Translations under genes and position numbers: made by a program | The notes under the pieces: model-generated | Databases searched by the model: none | What the model saw: the letters and a program-made list of their open reading frames with translations, nothing else | Told to the model about the DNA's origin: nothing | Part shown: piece by piece, positions 54,415 through 63,332 of the stretch | Layout: each line of letters begins with the position of its first letter | Numbering within the stretch: position 1 is the first letter of the stretch | DNA from: a bacterium | GTDB taxonomy: Bacteria; SAR324; NAC60-12 | Assembly: GCA_965205865.1 (NCBI GenBank) | Contig: CBDBHR010000029.1 | Coordinates: 672,001 to 736,000, forward strand | Length of the DNA stretch: 64,000 bases | Reading direction: 5' to 3'

Positions 54415-54852
54415 TTGATTCAAAGGATGGCAAACATGCAAAAAACCACTAAAAACAAGAAAACGCTTTCAAAGCAACTTAGAGAAGAGGTGACTCAACT
54501 CATTAAAAAATTTAATCATGAAGAAATTAATTCATCACAATGCTATTATGTCCCTCGTTACCGGGGACCATTTGTATACTTAGATCGATTTGCTTACGGG
54601 CAACAAGAACCCGTAGCTCGCATCAAATATACTGGAAATTGGGACGATTGGGAATTTGCGATATTTAAATGGAGCAGCGAAACGTATGATACTGAGGAGT
54701 TCTTCTTTCCAGGGGCTGAATGCCTGGATGGATCTATCAAAGGGGCTTTGAAAGCAGGAATGCGGGCTTATCCTATCACGGACAAGAGCAATCCAGAAGG
54801 TCTCTTTGCTGAACTGGGACAGTTTCTCAATAGCTTATTACCCAAACGATAG
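54415..54852 (+). CDS. Hypothetical protein
   Basis: Open 145-aa frame with ARIKYTG..DWEFAIFKWS motif; true start probably 54427 or 54436. Confidence 0.7.
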   Translation: MIQRMANMQKTTKNKKTLSKQLREEVTQLIKKFNHEEINSSQCYYVPRYRGPFVYLDRFAYGQQEPVARIKYTGNWDDWEFAIFKWSSETYDTEEFFFPGAECLDGSIKGALKAGMRAYPITDKSNPEGLFAELGQFLNSLLPKR

Positions 54853-55313
54853 CGAAGAGAACTACCAAAAGTGGCGAAGGTATTTTATTAGAATACGTGT
54901 TGTAATAACATTTTCATCAATATGTTGGATTACCAGGTGAATACAAAAGCCCACACCAGGCTGGTCGAATAATCGGGACACCACCCCATTGATGTGGATG
55001 CTGTCGCAATTGCCCAGTTTACCGACAAGGACGTCTTCCAAGAATATCTGTATATTTGGTGGCAATTAAGCAACGCTTGGATTTAGATTTTGATGCGCAG
55101 GAAGTCAATACGGTCTGAAGAATACTCTACTGAAGATGAGGAGAAAAGAAAATGAATATAATAACACCCAGAATCGTTTTGAACGAACTTTGCCAATTAA
55201 AGTTGGCTTGTAAACCCGATGATCGTGAAGCCCCCAATATCATAAACAACGCGCGTCTGCGCGGGGATGGAACGATTGAATCCAAGTTTAGTAATGATCA
55301 GGAGATTGATTCC

Positions 55314-55859
55314 ATGATTCGTCTCACCAAAATTGTTCTTACAATGATTTGCCTTTTATCTTTTGCTCAGCCCTGTAATTCTCAAAGCTTGCAAGTTGTC
55401 GAGTCAACTTTCTGCATCGAGTTGGATGGTCCAGCCTGTATACGTCCTGTTGTTTCGGATTCGACCGAGGTTTCTCTATCAAATCTATATCAAGGCAAGA
55501 TTTATTTTTGGAGCTCGATTCAAACAAATATTAATAGGGATATTATGCATGTCTGGTCTGCTTCTAACCGCACTGATAAGTGGGCTGAACCTGTTCATGT
55601 ATCCTGGTCCGATCACGCCTGGAATTTAACGAACGAAATCATTGGGGTCGCAGAAAATTTTTTAAAGATTATTTACAACAGAGGGGAAACCCAGTTGCAC
55701 AGTGTTCAGGGTATAATTTTGGGTGTGAACAAGTCCCCGCGCTTCCGAACATATAGCAGTATCCAAGCAGCCCCAGGAACCTACAGCGTAGAAGTTCGAA
55801 ATATGAACAACCAAGTTGTGCAGGGTGGAGAGCCAAAAACTTTAACAATCAGTCACTAG
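55314..55859 (+). CDS. Hypothetical secreted protein
   Basis: AGGAG RBS, signal peptide MIRLTKIVLTMICLLSFA, beta-rich C-terminus (FRTYS..PG.Y.VEV). Confidence 0.7.
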   Translation: MIRLTKIVLTMICLLSFAQPCNSQSLQVVESTFCIELDGPACIRPVVSDSTEVSLSNLYQGKIYFWSSIQTNINRDIMHVWSASNRTDKWAEPVHVSWSDHAWNLTNEIIGVAENFLKIIYNRGETQLHSVQGIILGVNKSPRFRTYSSIQAAPGTYSVEVRNMNNQVVQGGEPKTLTISH

Positions 55860-55948
55860 GTCGAAAACAGATTGGCGGTTGGATAGATGTCGGTGGAGAT
55901 CGCCACGATACTCGATACGAAGTGTTTATTGAAGAAAATTTGGTCCCA

Positions 55949-56188
55949 ATTAGGGATAGGGAGGGGTTTTTCTCCCCTCCCTCCCACACCACCTCGCATA
56001 TGGGTCCGTACCGGGCGATTCCCAAAGAGTGTCGGGTCGTAGCCGGACCAGATTTGCAACCACAAATCTGTACGTATATTCGTCCCACAGCGCACCTATT
56101 TTAATCATCTCCACCGGTCGGCTTCATCAATGTAGAGCCTATGGGATAGAGCGTTCTCTTGGGTTCGGGCCTCCACTCTCCAGGAGCT
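55949..56188 (-). mobile_element. 3' half (domains III-VI) of an ORF-less class C-like group II intron
   Basis: Short domain V AATCGCCCGGTACGGACCCATATGCGAGGTGGT (CGC triad); domain VI GGGAGGGG..CCCCTCCCTATCCCTAAT. Confidence 0.8.
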
Positions 56189-57062
56189 GTCGGGTCGGAG
56201 GAGGCGCGTTTCCGCTAGCCTCCGTCCGCCGCCCAAACCGGACATGCAGTTTTCCCGCATCCGGCTTTCACAGAGAAGTCCGTTTGCCGAAGGGACCAAT
56301 CGAAGGAATTAGTGAGATCAGATTTACTAATTTTCATCTTGTAAATCTTGTCCACTAAGGAGTGAACCTTCTTTGCTCCCGTTAGATTGATCCAGTCAGC
56401 CAGTCTCCTCGGGCCATGAGTTCTGGGTCTTTCACTTACCGAACTTTCCACCTCACTGTCCTTACTCATCTGACTTCCTTTCTCATTCCAACCTTCTCTG
56501 CCCATCGCCTTCCCCAGCTCACTCTGCTGCCGATCCCTCGGTCACGTAGCTCTCACTACGCTTCAGGTACTATTCGATGGTCCGACTACTCAACACGCTT
56601 CGGTTCCCATTTCGCTTTCGCTTATAGGGTCCCTTATCCTAGTGCCACCTAAGAACGCCCTGAGTCCTCCTGGGGTCACTCATGATTCTTCCTCACCGTG
56701 TCGTCCGCACACACCTTGGTATTGCAGGGGGGAATCCAACTGCTTTCGCCATCATAGTGCAAGCTCAACCATTCCCTGCTGTTGGCCGACCGGTTCGTCT
56801 CTGGAGTAGCCTCCTTGACTACGACCCGGTGATTCTCCGCAAACCCTTCAGATTCCACCTCACGGTGGACACCCTGTCCTCCGGAAGTTCACTTCGGTGC
56901 ATTTGGCCCTTTCGACCTCCCATTGTGCTTAAAGCGCCCGGGATGGCGCCCTGGTAAACATTCCGGCCAGCGAGGCATTACCCCCGCTTTTGGATATCAG
57001 CCTGGGATCTCAGGCTGAGTGGGACTTGAACCCACCTGAATCATGCGCTGCACAGTGCGCAC
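56189..57062 (-). mobile_element. Second-family group II intron with the RT almost entirely deleted, nested in another intron
   Basis: GTGCGC 5' end, RT N-terminal relic KKVHSLVDKIY, domain V AAAGCCGGATGCGGGAAAACTGCATGTCCGGTTT, ..CCGACCCGAC 3' end. Confidence 0.85.
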
Positions 57063-57456
57063 TACGAACTTGTCCGAATTCCTGAAGACGTAGATATCGG
57101 GGTTATTTATTAATTTTCCCGATCCGACTACCAATGGAATGCTGACAGTCGTCTTCAGGATCTCCCAGGTTCCGGTCAAGAAACTTCCACACATGCACCG
57201 GATCTTCGACTCCGCCAGGCTCGACCGGGACTCACGCTAACGCCTTCGGTTGATGTTGCCTTCCCCACCAGACTACAAGGTCAGCACCTGAAACTATGAT
57301 TTCGGAGCTCAATACCGAGCCTATGTTCTCCCCTGTCAACGCTTAGCGCCTATCCTTACGGATAACCACCCATGACTCGGGGCCTCGGCGGGTCGTTACT
57401 GCCTTACCGAGTAAGAGACTTTCACTCTCTATTTCTTGCCAGCTTTCCTGGCGCAC
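57063..57456 (-). mobile_element. 5' half (domains I-II) of the repeat-targeting intron
   Basis: Near-identical to the 5' 394 nt of the intron at 60458-62414; 5' exon is GGGGTCAGGCT. Confidence 0.92.
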
Positions 57457-57850
57457 AGCCTGACCCCCTTTTTGCAATAATCATCTAAAAAATCCGATTC
57501 TTGAAAAGAATCGCTCAATTTAGGTTATAATATCTCAAATTTCTATTTTATTATGGAACATCTACGATCTCCAGAGCATCTGGAAAACAAGAATTCAATT
57601 CCTCATGAAGTTTTTTACGAGCAACTTTTATGCAATCAAGAGATTCTAAAATGTCTTCAGGTTCTAATAAAACATCTGACGAACCTTGAGTCGAATGTCG
57701 GGCGTCTAAATTTTCCGGTTGATAATGAATTCAAAAGAAATACGGACTACATTGCTCTCAGGTTCCTTTGAAATGCTGTAAAATTTCAAAATAGTTTTTG
57801 TTTTCATTTCTTATTCGCTAGTGTCTATTTTATTTTTTGGCTTAGCTTCA

Positions 57851-58738
57851 GAACCTGTTTGAAAGTCATTTAATTCTCTTTAACATCAAGCAAATCATAG
57901 CGACATAGATCATGTTTTCAGAGTTTTTTGTTTTTCTTTCATAATCGATGTTGAGTCTTCGATACCATCCAAACCAGGAAAAGGTTCTTTCGACGATCCA
58001 CCTTTTCGGTAGGACCTGAAAGCCCGTTCCTTGGAGGTTTAGAGTGATCTCAAGTTCACATTGAAATCGATTCCATAACCATTGGGCTAATTCCCCTCGA
58101 TAACCTCCGTCGGCCCAAATCATCTGAATCGAAAAGAACCAGCTAAACATCGATTCCAAAAGATCGTAAGCACTTTTGGAATCGGAGGCATTGGCATCAG
58201 TGACTTTAACCATGAGAGGAATTCCCGAGATATCGACAGCTACATGCCTTTTATGCCCTTTGATTCGTTTATTTCCATCAAAACCTCGACTATCAGCCAG
58301 TTCCGTGGTTTTGACGGATTGACTATCAATCATTGCAGCACTGGGTTCGGGAGCTCTGCCCATTTCTATTCGGGTTTGCCGATGGAGAAACTGGTGAATC
58401 AGGAACCAAGTGTAGTTCTTGCGCCATTTATTGTAGTGGTAATAAACACTTTGCCAAGGAGGAAAATCTTTGGGAAGCATTCTCCATTGACAACCCGTGG
58501 TCACTACATACAAAATGGCGTTTATGATAACTCGTAGTTCCCATTTACGAAGGTGGGCTCCACGAGTTGAAAGTTCGGGAAGGTACTCTTGAAGTCTTTC
58601 CCATTGTTTATCACTGACATCACTGTTATAACCTGAACGTTCCATGTTCACTCCTTGTTATTAAGGTTTCATTTTTCTCAAAATGAATGTGACATGGAAC
58701 ACTTCCAATAGGAAGCTCAACTTATTTCAAACAGGTTC
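57851..58738 (-). mobile_element. IS5 family (IS1031-like) element; transposase at 57866-58651
   Basis: TIR GAACCTGTTTGAAA, TCA target duplication; GCQWRMLP.DFPPW, IDSQSVK, ADGGY, RWIVERTF.W. Confidence 0.95.
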
Positions 58739-59208
58739 TCAAGTTCTATAGGCTTTTTGCAATAAGGAATTTCTGTGATTCTGCAATTATCGGGGCAATA
58801 ATTCTCATCGTCATTTATATCATCATCACCCCAATTCAATTTGCAATCTGCCGGACAATAATATTTTCCCTTGTAATACCCTCCACTTGTGGGCATGCAA
58901 TATTCTGCCGTCAAATATGATTCCAAGTATTTTTGTAAATCTAAATATGCTTCTTTGTTTAATTCCATTATATTTGAATAATTCTCTAATTCTAATTTAT
59001 ATAATTTTTCCTCATATACCTCTAATTGAGTGGTTTCAAAATTTTTCAAATCTTCCTCGGCATTTGGCCCATATGCTGAAATCATCGCTGAAACAGTCAG
59101 CTTTATAATTTCAGAAATTAAGAATTTTTCTATTTCCTGAGATAAAGCAACAGGACTCGTTGCCAAAATAATTCCTCCAGACAAACAAATTATTATCCAT
59201 TTTTTCAT
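58717..59208 (-). CDS. Hypothetical secreted Cys-rich protein; C-terminus replaced by IS sequence
   Basis: Signal peptide; YCP.DC / YCPDNC; the frame runs into the IS end. Confidence 0.65.
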   Translation of the reverse strand: MKKWIIICLSGGIILATSPVALSQEIEKFLISEIIKLTVSAMISAYGPNAEEDLKNFETTQLEVYEEKLYKLELENYSNIMELNKEAYLDLQKYLESYLTAEYCMPTSGGYYKGKYYCPADCKLNWGDDDINDDENYCPDNCRITEIPYCKKPIELENLFEIS

Positions 59209-59446
59209 TTAATTTCCCTTTCAATTTGATTCCTATTTTTTCGGTATCATACCGGCAATTTTATCCAAATTCTTGTTTATTTCTTGCAATTCCCGATATT
59301 TGGCAATCTCAATTGCCATTGGGAACGCGGTTATGATAATTAACATAATCTGTATATTTAGTTCTCAAATGCACAGAAATTTCGTGAACCATTTTTACTG
59401 CGAATTCATTATCTTTATTTAGGGTCAGGCTTGAAAGTTTGAAACT

Positions 59447-60385
59447 TCAAGCAAGTATTTGACGTTTCAGTTCCTCTAATTGATTTTGGAGACCCTCGGA
59501 TTCCTTCAATCGTTGTCTCAACCGGTGCACTCCAAAGCTAATCGTAGAATCGTCTCGATTGCAAACTTTTCCGACCTCCCGAATCGTTGCGGACTTCCAA
59601 TCGAAAGCTAACATGCCAATCATCGCACGGGCTTCACTCAACTTTCGTGACTGCACGGCACTTCTTAATTCCTTCTCCTCCAGTTGATAAACTTGAGCCA
59701 CTTGATGAATGATCCGTTCTAAAAGAGGAGGAGAACAAGGGATGTTTTCGAGCTTCTTCAAAACCGAGGTCACAAAATGATCTTCTCCAATGATCTCTGA
59801 ATGGGCAGAGCCTTTTTGAAAATTGACCGGCGAAGCAATGTTTCTCCCACTCCGGATATAATCCTCATAAAGTTTTCTGGCCTCTCCCCGTTTTGGGGAA
59901 AAGTGAGACAATCCCCAATCCGTATGCAACCATTCCAGCCGCCGCTTTCCCAAGTAAGCCAAATGGCTGCACCATGGGAAATCAACCAACTCTTTGGCCA
60001 CACCCGCTCGAATCGGATTGAGATGAATATAACGAATCAAGGCTAACAAATAGTTTTCTTGATCAACTAACAAGGCTTTATAACGTCCCTGAAATAAGTG
60101 GCCCATGCGTTTTTGCCGTTGATTGATCCAACGCGTGTAGCGAAATGAGATATTTTGCATGATCGGAGCAAGAGGGATCGCTCCCACTTCAATGGCTAAA
60201 TGGACATGATTGCTCATTAAACAAAAAGCGTTAATCCGATGATCAAAGCGTTGGTAACCTTCTTGGAGTAAGTGATAAAATTGTCGATAGTCGGGGGAAC
60301 TGAAAAAAATGGGTTGCCCTCCATTGCCACGAAGCATCACATGATAAAGCGCACCAGGATAGTAAAGGCGTGGTTTACGGGCCAT
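59447..60385 (-). CDS. REP-associated tyrosine (Y1/HUH) transposase, copy 3
   Basis: Differs from copies 1 and 2 by a few residues. Confidence 0.9.
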   Translation of the reverse strand: MARKPRLYYPGALYHVMLRGNGGQPIFFSSPDYRQFYHLLQEGYQRFDHRINAFCLMSNHVHLAIEVGAIPLAPIMQNISFRYTRWINQRQKRMGHLFQGRYKALLVDQENYLLALIRYIHLNPIRAGVAKELVDFPWCSHLAYLGKRRLEWLHTDWGLSHFSPKRGEARKLYEDYIRSGRNIASPVNFQKGSAHSEIIGEDHFVTSVLKKLENIPCSPPLLERIIHQVAQVYQLEEKELRSAVQSRKLSEARAMIGMLAFDWKSATIREVGKVCNRDDSTISFGVHRLRQRLKESEGLQNQLEELKRQILA

Positions 60386-60457
60386 CTTTAGAAACAAGCG
60401 AGAAGGAAAGTAAAATCGATTTAAAGAAAAAAATAACACTACTTTTCCAAACTTTCA

Positions 60458-62414
60458 GTCACCGTAAAGAACTGACTTATAGTGGTTTCCAGCCACCTTT
60501 CGTCATTCCTCCGGTACAAATCCGGACGTGCGCTGCTAACGCATCCGGCTCCTGCTTCGAGTCAGACGCTCAAACGTTGATTCGGATACGGGTGGGTTGT
60601 CCTTACAGAAGGAATGTGTAGTTTGACCAGTACTTTGAAGCGTTCCCAGTTCATCCTCTTTGCTTTGTGACTCCTCCGTCTTAGTGATTTGAACCACGTC
60701 CGATGGATTTCCCTGCGAAAAGCATTCAAGGAACTCCGGTTGCCGGGGACTCCATAGTAGTTGTACAGACCGTTTAAAACAGACCTGAGCCATTTTCCTT
60801 GTTCATGCGCATTTTCATGACGTTTGCGTTTCGCTTCAAGTTTGATCTCTTTGAGCTTCTTTCGCAACCTTTTGGAAATGGTGAGACGGGTGAGCTTGAA
60901 TTTTCCATCCTTTATCCGAGTGTCACAGACATGAGTGAATCCTGAAAAGTCGAAACTTTCCGGTTTTCCCAGACCTTGTTTTTCCCGGTTATCGGCGGCA
61001 AATCGCCCGAACTCGATGAGGCGTGTTTTCTCTTCATGTAAAGTCAGTCCAAATTGAGAGAGGCGTTCTCTTAGTTGGCGATTAAATTTCTGGCCATCTT
61101 CAGAATATTGAAAACCCACGACAAAATCATCCGCATAGCGAATGATGTAAACTTCCCCCCGAGCTTCCCGCCTTCTCCATTGATTAACCCATAGATCTAA
61201 AACATAGTGCAGGTAGATATTTGAATAGATTGGAGACACTACCGAACCTTGTGGTGTTCCGACCACCGTTTCAGACCACTTCCCCTCTTCGATGACTCCG
61301 GCGCGCAACGTTTTCTCTGCTAAACGCAGAATCCTTTTGTCGGAGATTCGATGCTCGATAAATTTCAGCATCCAATCATGCTGAATTGTGTCGAAAAATC
61401 CTTGAATATCCGCATCTAAGATGTAGCTCACTTTCCGTTGGGTAATGGCCACATACAAAGCGTCTAAGGCTTGATGTTGGCTTCGTCCGGGTCGGAACCC
61501 GTAACTAAACCCAAGGAAATCCTCCTCATAGATCGATTCCAACGTCCAAACAAGGGCTTGTTGTACGATCTTGTCTTCAAGTGCGGCTATTCCGATTGGC
61601 CTTTGACGGCCATCCGGTTTAGGAACCCACACTCGCAGAGAAGGGTGAGGACGATAACGTTCTTGGTGGATCCTCCCGTGCAGATCGTTAATCCGCTCCA
61701 GGAGATTTATGCCATACTCATTCCAGGTCTCCTCGTCCACTCCCGCCGCTGAGTTGCGATTGAGATCAAAGTAAGCTCTCCGCAGTAAGTCAGGGTTGAT
61801 GTGATGAAAGAGATTGTTGAATTGAAGATGGGGGTTCCTCTTCGCCCTTTGGCGCACCCTGCTTAAACCGCTCTCTGATTTTACCGGCCTCTGAGTTCCG
61901 AACACAGGAGGGCAAGCAGAATTCCTCTCAGCCAAGTCCCTTTGCTCCACAGGCTCCGTTGATTTCCTTTGCATTGTTACTCTCTGCAAATGATCTCATT
62001 GTTCGCCGCTTCATCGCTACTACGAACTTGTCCGACTTCCTGAAGACGTAGATATCGGGGTTATTTATTAATTTTCCCGATCCGACTACCAATAGAATGT
62101 TGACAGTCGTCTTCAGGATCTCCCAGGTTCCGATCAAGAAACTTCCACACATGCACCGGGTCTTTGACTCCACCAGGCTCAGCCGAGACTCACGCTAACG
62201 CCTTCGGTTGATATTGCCTTCCCCACCAGACCACAAGGTCAGCGCCTGAAACTATGATTTCGGAGCTCAATACCGAGCCTATGTTCTCCCCTGTCAACGC
62301 TTAGCGCCTATCCTTGCGAATAACCACTCATGACTCGGGGACTCGGCGGGTCGTTACTGCCTTACCGAGTAAGAGACTTTCACTCTCTATTTCTTGCCAG
62401 CTTTCCTGGCGCAC
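60458..62414 (-). mobile_element. Full-length group II intron (1957 nt), bacterial class D-like
   Basis: GTGCG start, AGC-triad domain V, branch-A domain VI, AC end, RT ORF in domain IV. Confidence 0.95.
60562..61989 (-). CDS. ltrA: Group II intron reverse transcriptase/maturase without endonuclease domain
   Basis: AAGVD, PKPDGRQRPIGI, SYGFRPGRS, GTPQG, YADD, X domain G..NYY; ends HPYP with no HNH domain; exact start uncertain. Confidence 0.95.
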   Translation of the reverse strand: MQRVTMQRKSTEPVEQRDLAERNSACPPVFGTQRPVKSESGLSRVRQRAKRNPHLQFNNLFHHINPDLLRRAYFDLNRNSAAGVDEETWNEYGINLLERINDLHGRIHQERYRPHPSLRVWVPKPDGRQRPIGIAALEDKIVQQALVWTLESIYEEDFLGFSYGFRPGRSQHQALDALYVAITQRKVSYILDADIQGFFDTIQHDWMLKFIEHRISDKRILRLAEKTLRAGVIEEGKWSETVVGTPQGSVVSPIYSNIYLHYVLDLWVNQWRRREARGEVYIIRYADDFVVGFQYSEDGQKFNRQLRERLSQFGLTLHEEKTRLIEFGRFAADNREKQGLGKPESFDFSGFTHVCDTRIKDGKFKLTRLTISKRLRKKLKEIKLEAKRKRHENAHEQGKWLRSVLNGLYNYYGVPGNRSSLNAFRREIHRTWFKSLRRRSHKAKRMNWERFKVLVKLHIPSVRTTHPYPNQRLSV

Positions 62415-62527
62415 AGCCTGACCCCCTTTATTTTCTTGCCGAAGGATAGAATTTGTAGGATGCTATAGTGGCAGTATTGAAATAAAAGAAGAAAAAGCGG
62501 CTGTTGGTCTTTGCTGGAGGGAAGATG

Positions 62528-62986
62528 TTATTTCTGTTTATTTAATCGAGATGAAACAAGAAAGGCAATTATTATACCTACGATTCCTCCACTTCCAAGT
62601 AGTCCTCCCGATATCTCTGCGCCGTTAATCGCGGCATACACTCCACCTAAAATTGCAAATGTCCCAAGAACAGCAGCAAATATCTGGGCTCTTTTTATCA
62701 AATTCAACTGTTTATCAGCAAGCTGAATATTAGCAGTCAGTGCCAGCTGTTCTTGTTGTTGCCTATGTTCCTGTTCGTTTTCAAAATGCTTAAAAATAAT
62801 GTCTGCGGCGTCTGGAAATATCTGTTTATATTTTTCTAAAACTTCGGGATCGGGAAGTTGAGAAAGTCGAATTTCTTGTTGAACAGAAAGAGTTTGACGT
62901 ATAGGAGGCTTTGGGGAATTTGGTTTACCAGGTAAATTGCGCCTTGTACCTTTCTTATTCGCTGCCATTTTCATGTTCTTTTTCAA
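62528..62986 (-). CDS. DUF2335-like membrane protein
   Basis: LPDP..L.KY....P.AA..I...FE.EQ.HR plus two TM helices. Confidence 0.8.
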   Translation of the reverse strand: MKKNMKMAANKKGTRRNLPGKPNSPKPPIRQTLSVQQEIRLSQLPDPEVLEKYKQIFPDAADIIFKHFENEQEHRQQQEQLALTANIQLADKQLNLIKRAQIFAAVLGTFAILGGVYAAINGAEISGGLLGSGGIVGIIIAFLVSSRLNKQK

Positions 62987-63167
62987 ATTTTTGGAATGCA
63001 GCCCACAGATCTTGTCTCACCATAACCCAATCGTGCTGAAAACCGTCATTCTGTTCCTGAATAGAAACATCACCGTCTATCTTTATGGGAGAAATTGCAG
63101 AATTCAATGGGTCTATACAAATAATTGAACCAACTCCAGATAATACGTTTTTGATCATTGCTTTCAT
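62955..63167 (-). CDS. Small hypothetical protein coupled to the DUF2335 gene
   Basis: GGAGG RBS; G.GSI and DW..V.QDL..A pattern; overlaps the downstream gene. Confidence 0.6.
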   Translation of the reverse strand: MKAMIKNVLSGVGSIICIDPLNSAISPIKIDGDVSIQEQNDGFQHDWVMVRQDLWAAFQKFEKEHENGSE

Positions 63168-63332
63168 TACGCCTCCCGATTTAACTCTTCCACACTATTC
63201 TGATTTTAAACGAATGTTTATTAACAATTCAAATGTTAAGTAATCTTTTATTTTTTCAAAGCTTAAATTGCAAATTATTTATAAGCTTAAGGATATTTCA
63301 ACTTTGAACTGGTGAAAAAAATCAAACTATCA

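Larger units (their letters stand above)
59422..62425 (-). mobile_element. Y1 transposase element copy 3, with the full-length intron in the upstream inverted repeat
   Basis: GGGTCAGGCTTGAAAGTTTG ... CAAACTTTCA|intron|AGCCTGACCCC. Confidence 0.9.

Noticed and set aside
54862-55150. Possible transposase or pseudogene fragment
   Set aside because: No motif recognised in any frame.
43894-59400. Classical integron cassette array
   Set aside because: A GTTAGGT precedes the kinase gene, but I found no convincing RYYYAAC..GTTRRRY attC pairs and no tyrosine integrase.
60562-61989. RT as a retron, DGR or CRISPR-associated RT
   Set aside because: It lies inside complete group II intron RNA ends and has a maturase X domain; no msr/msd, TR/VR pair or cas genes.
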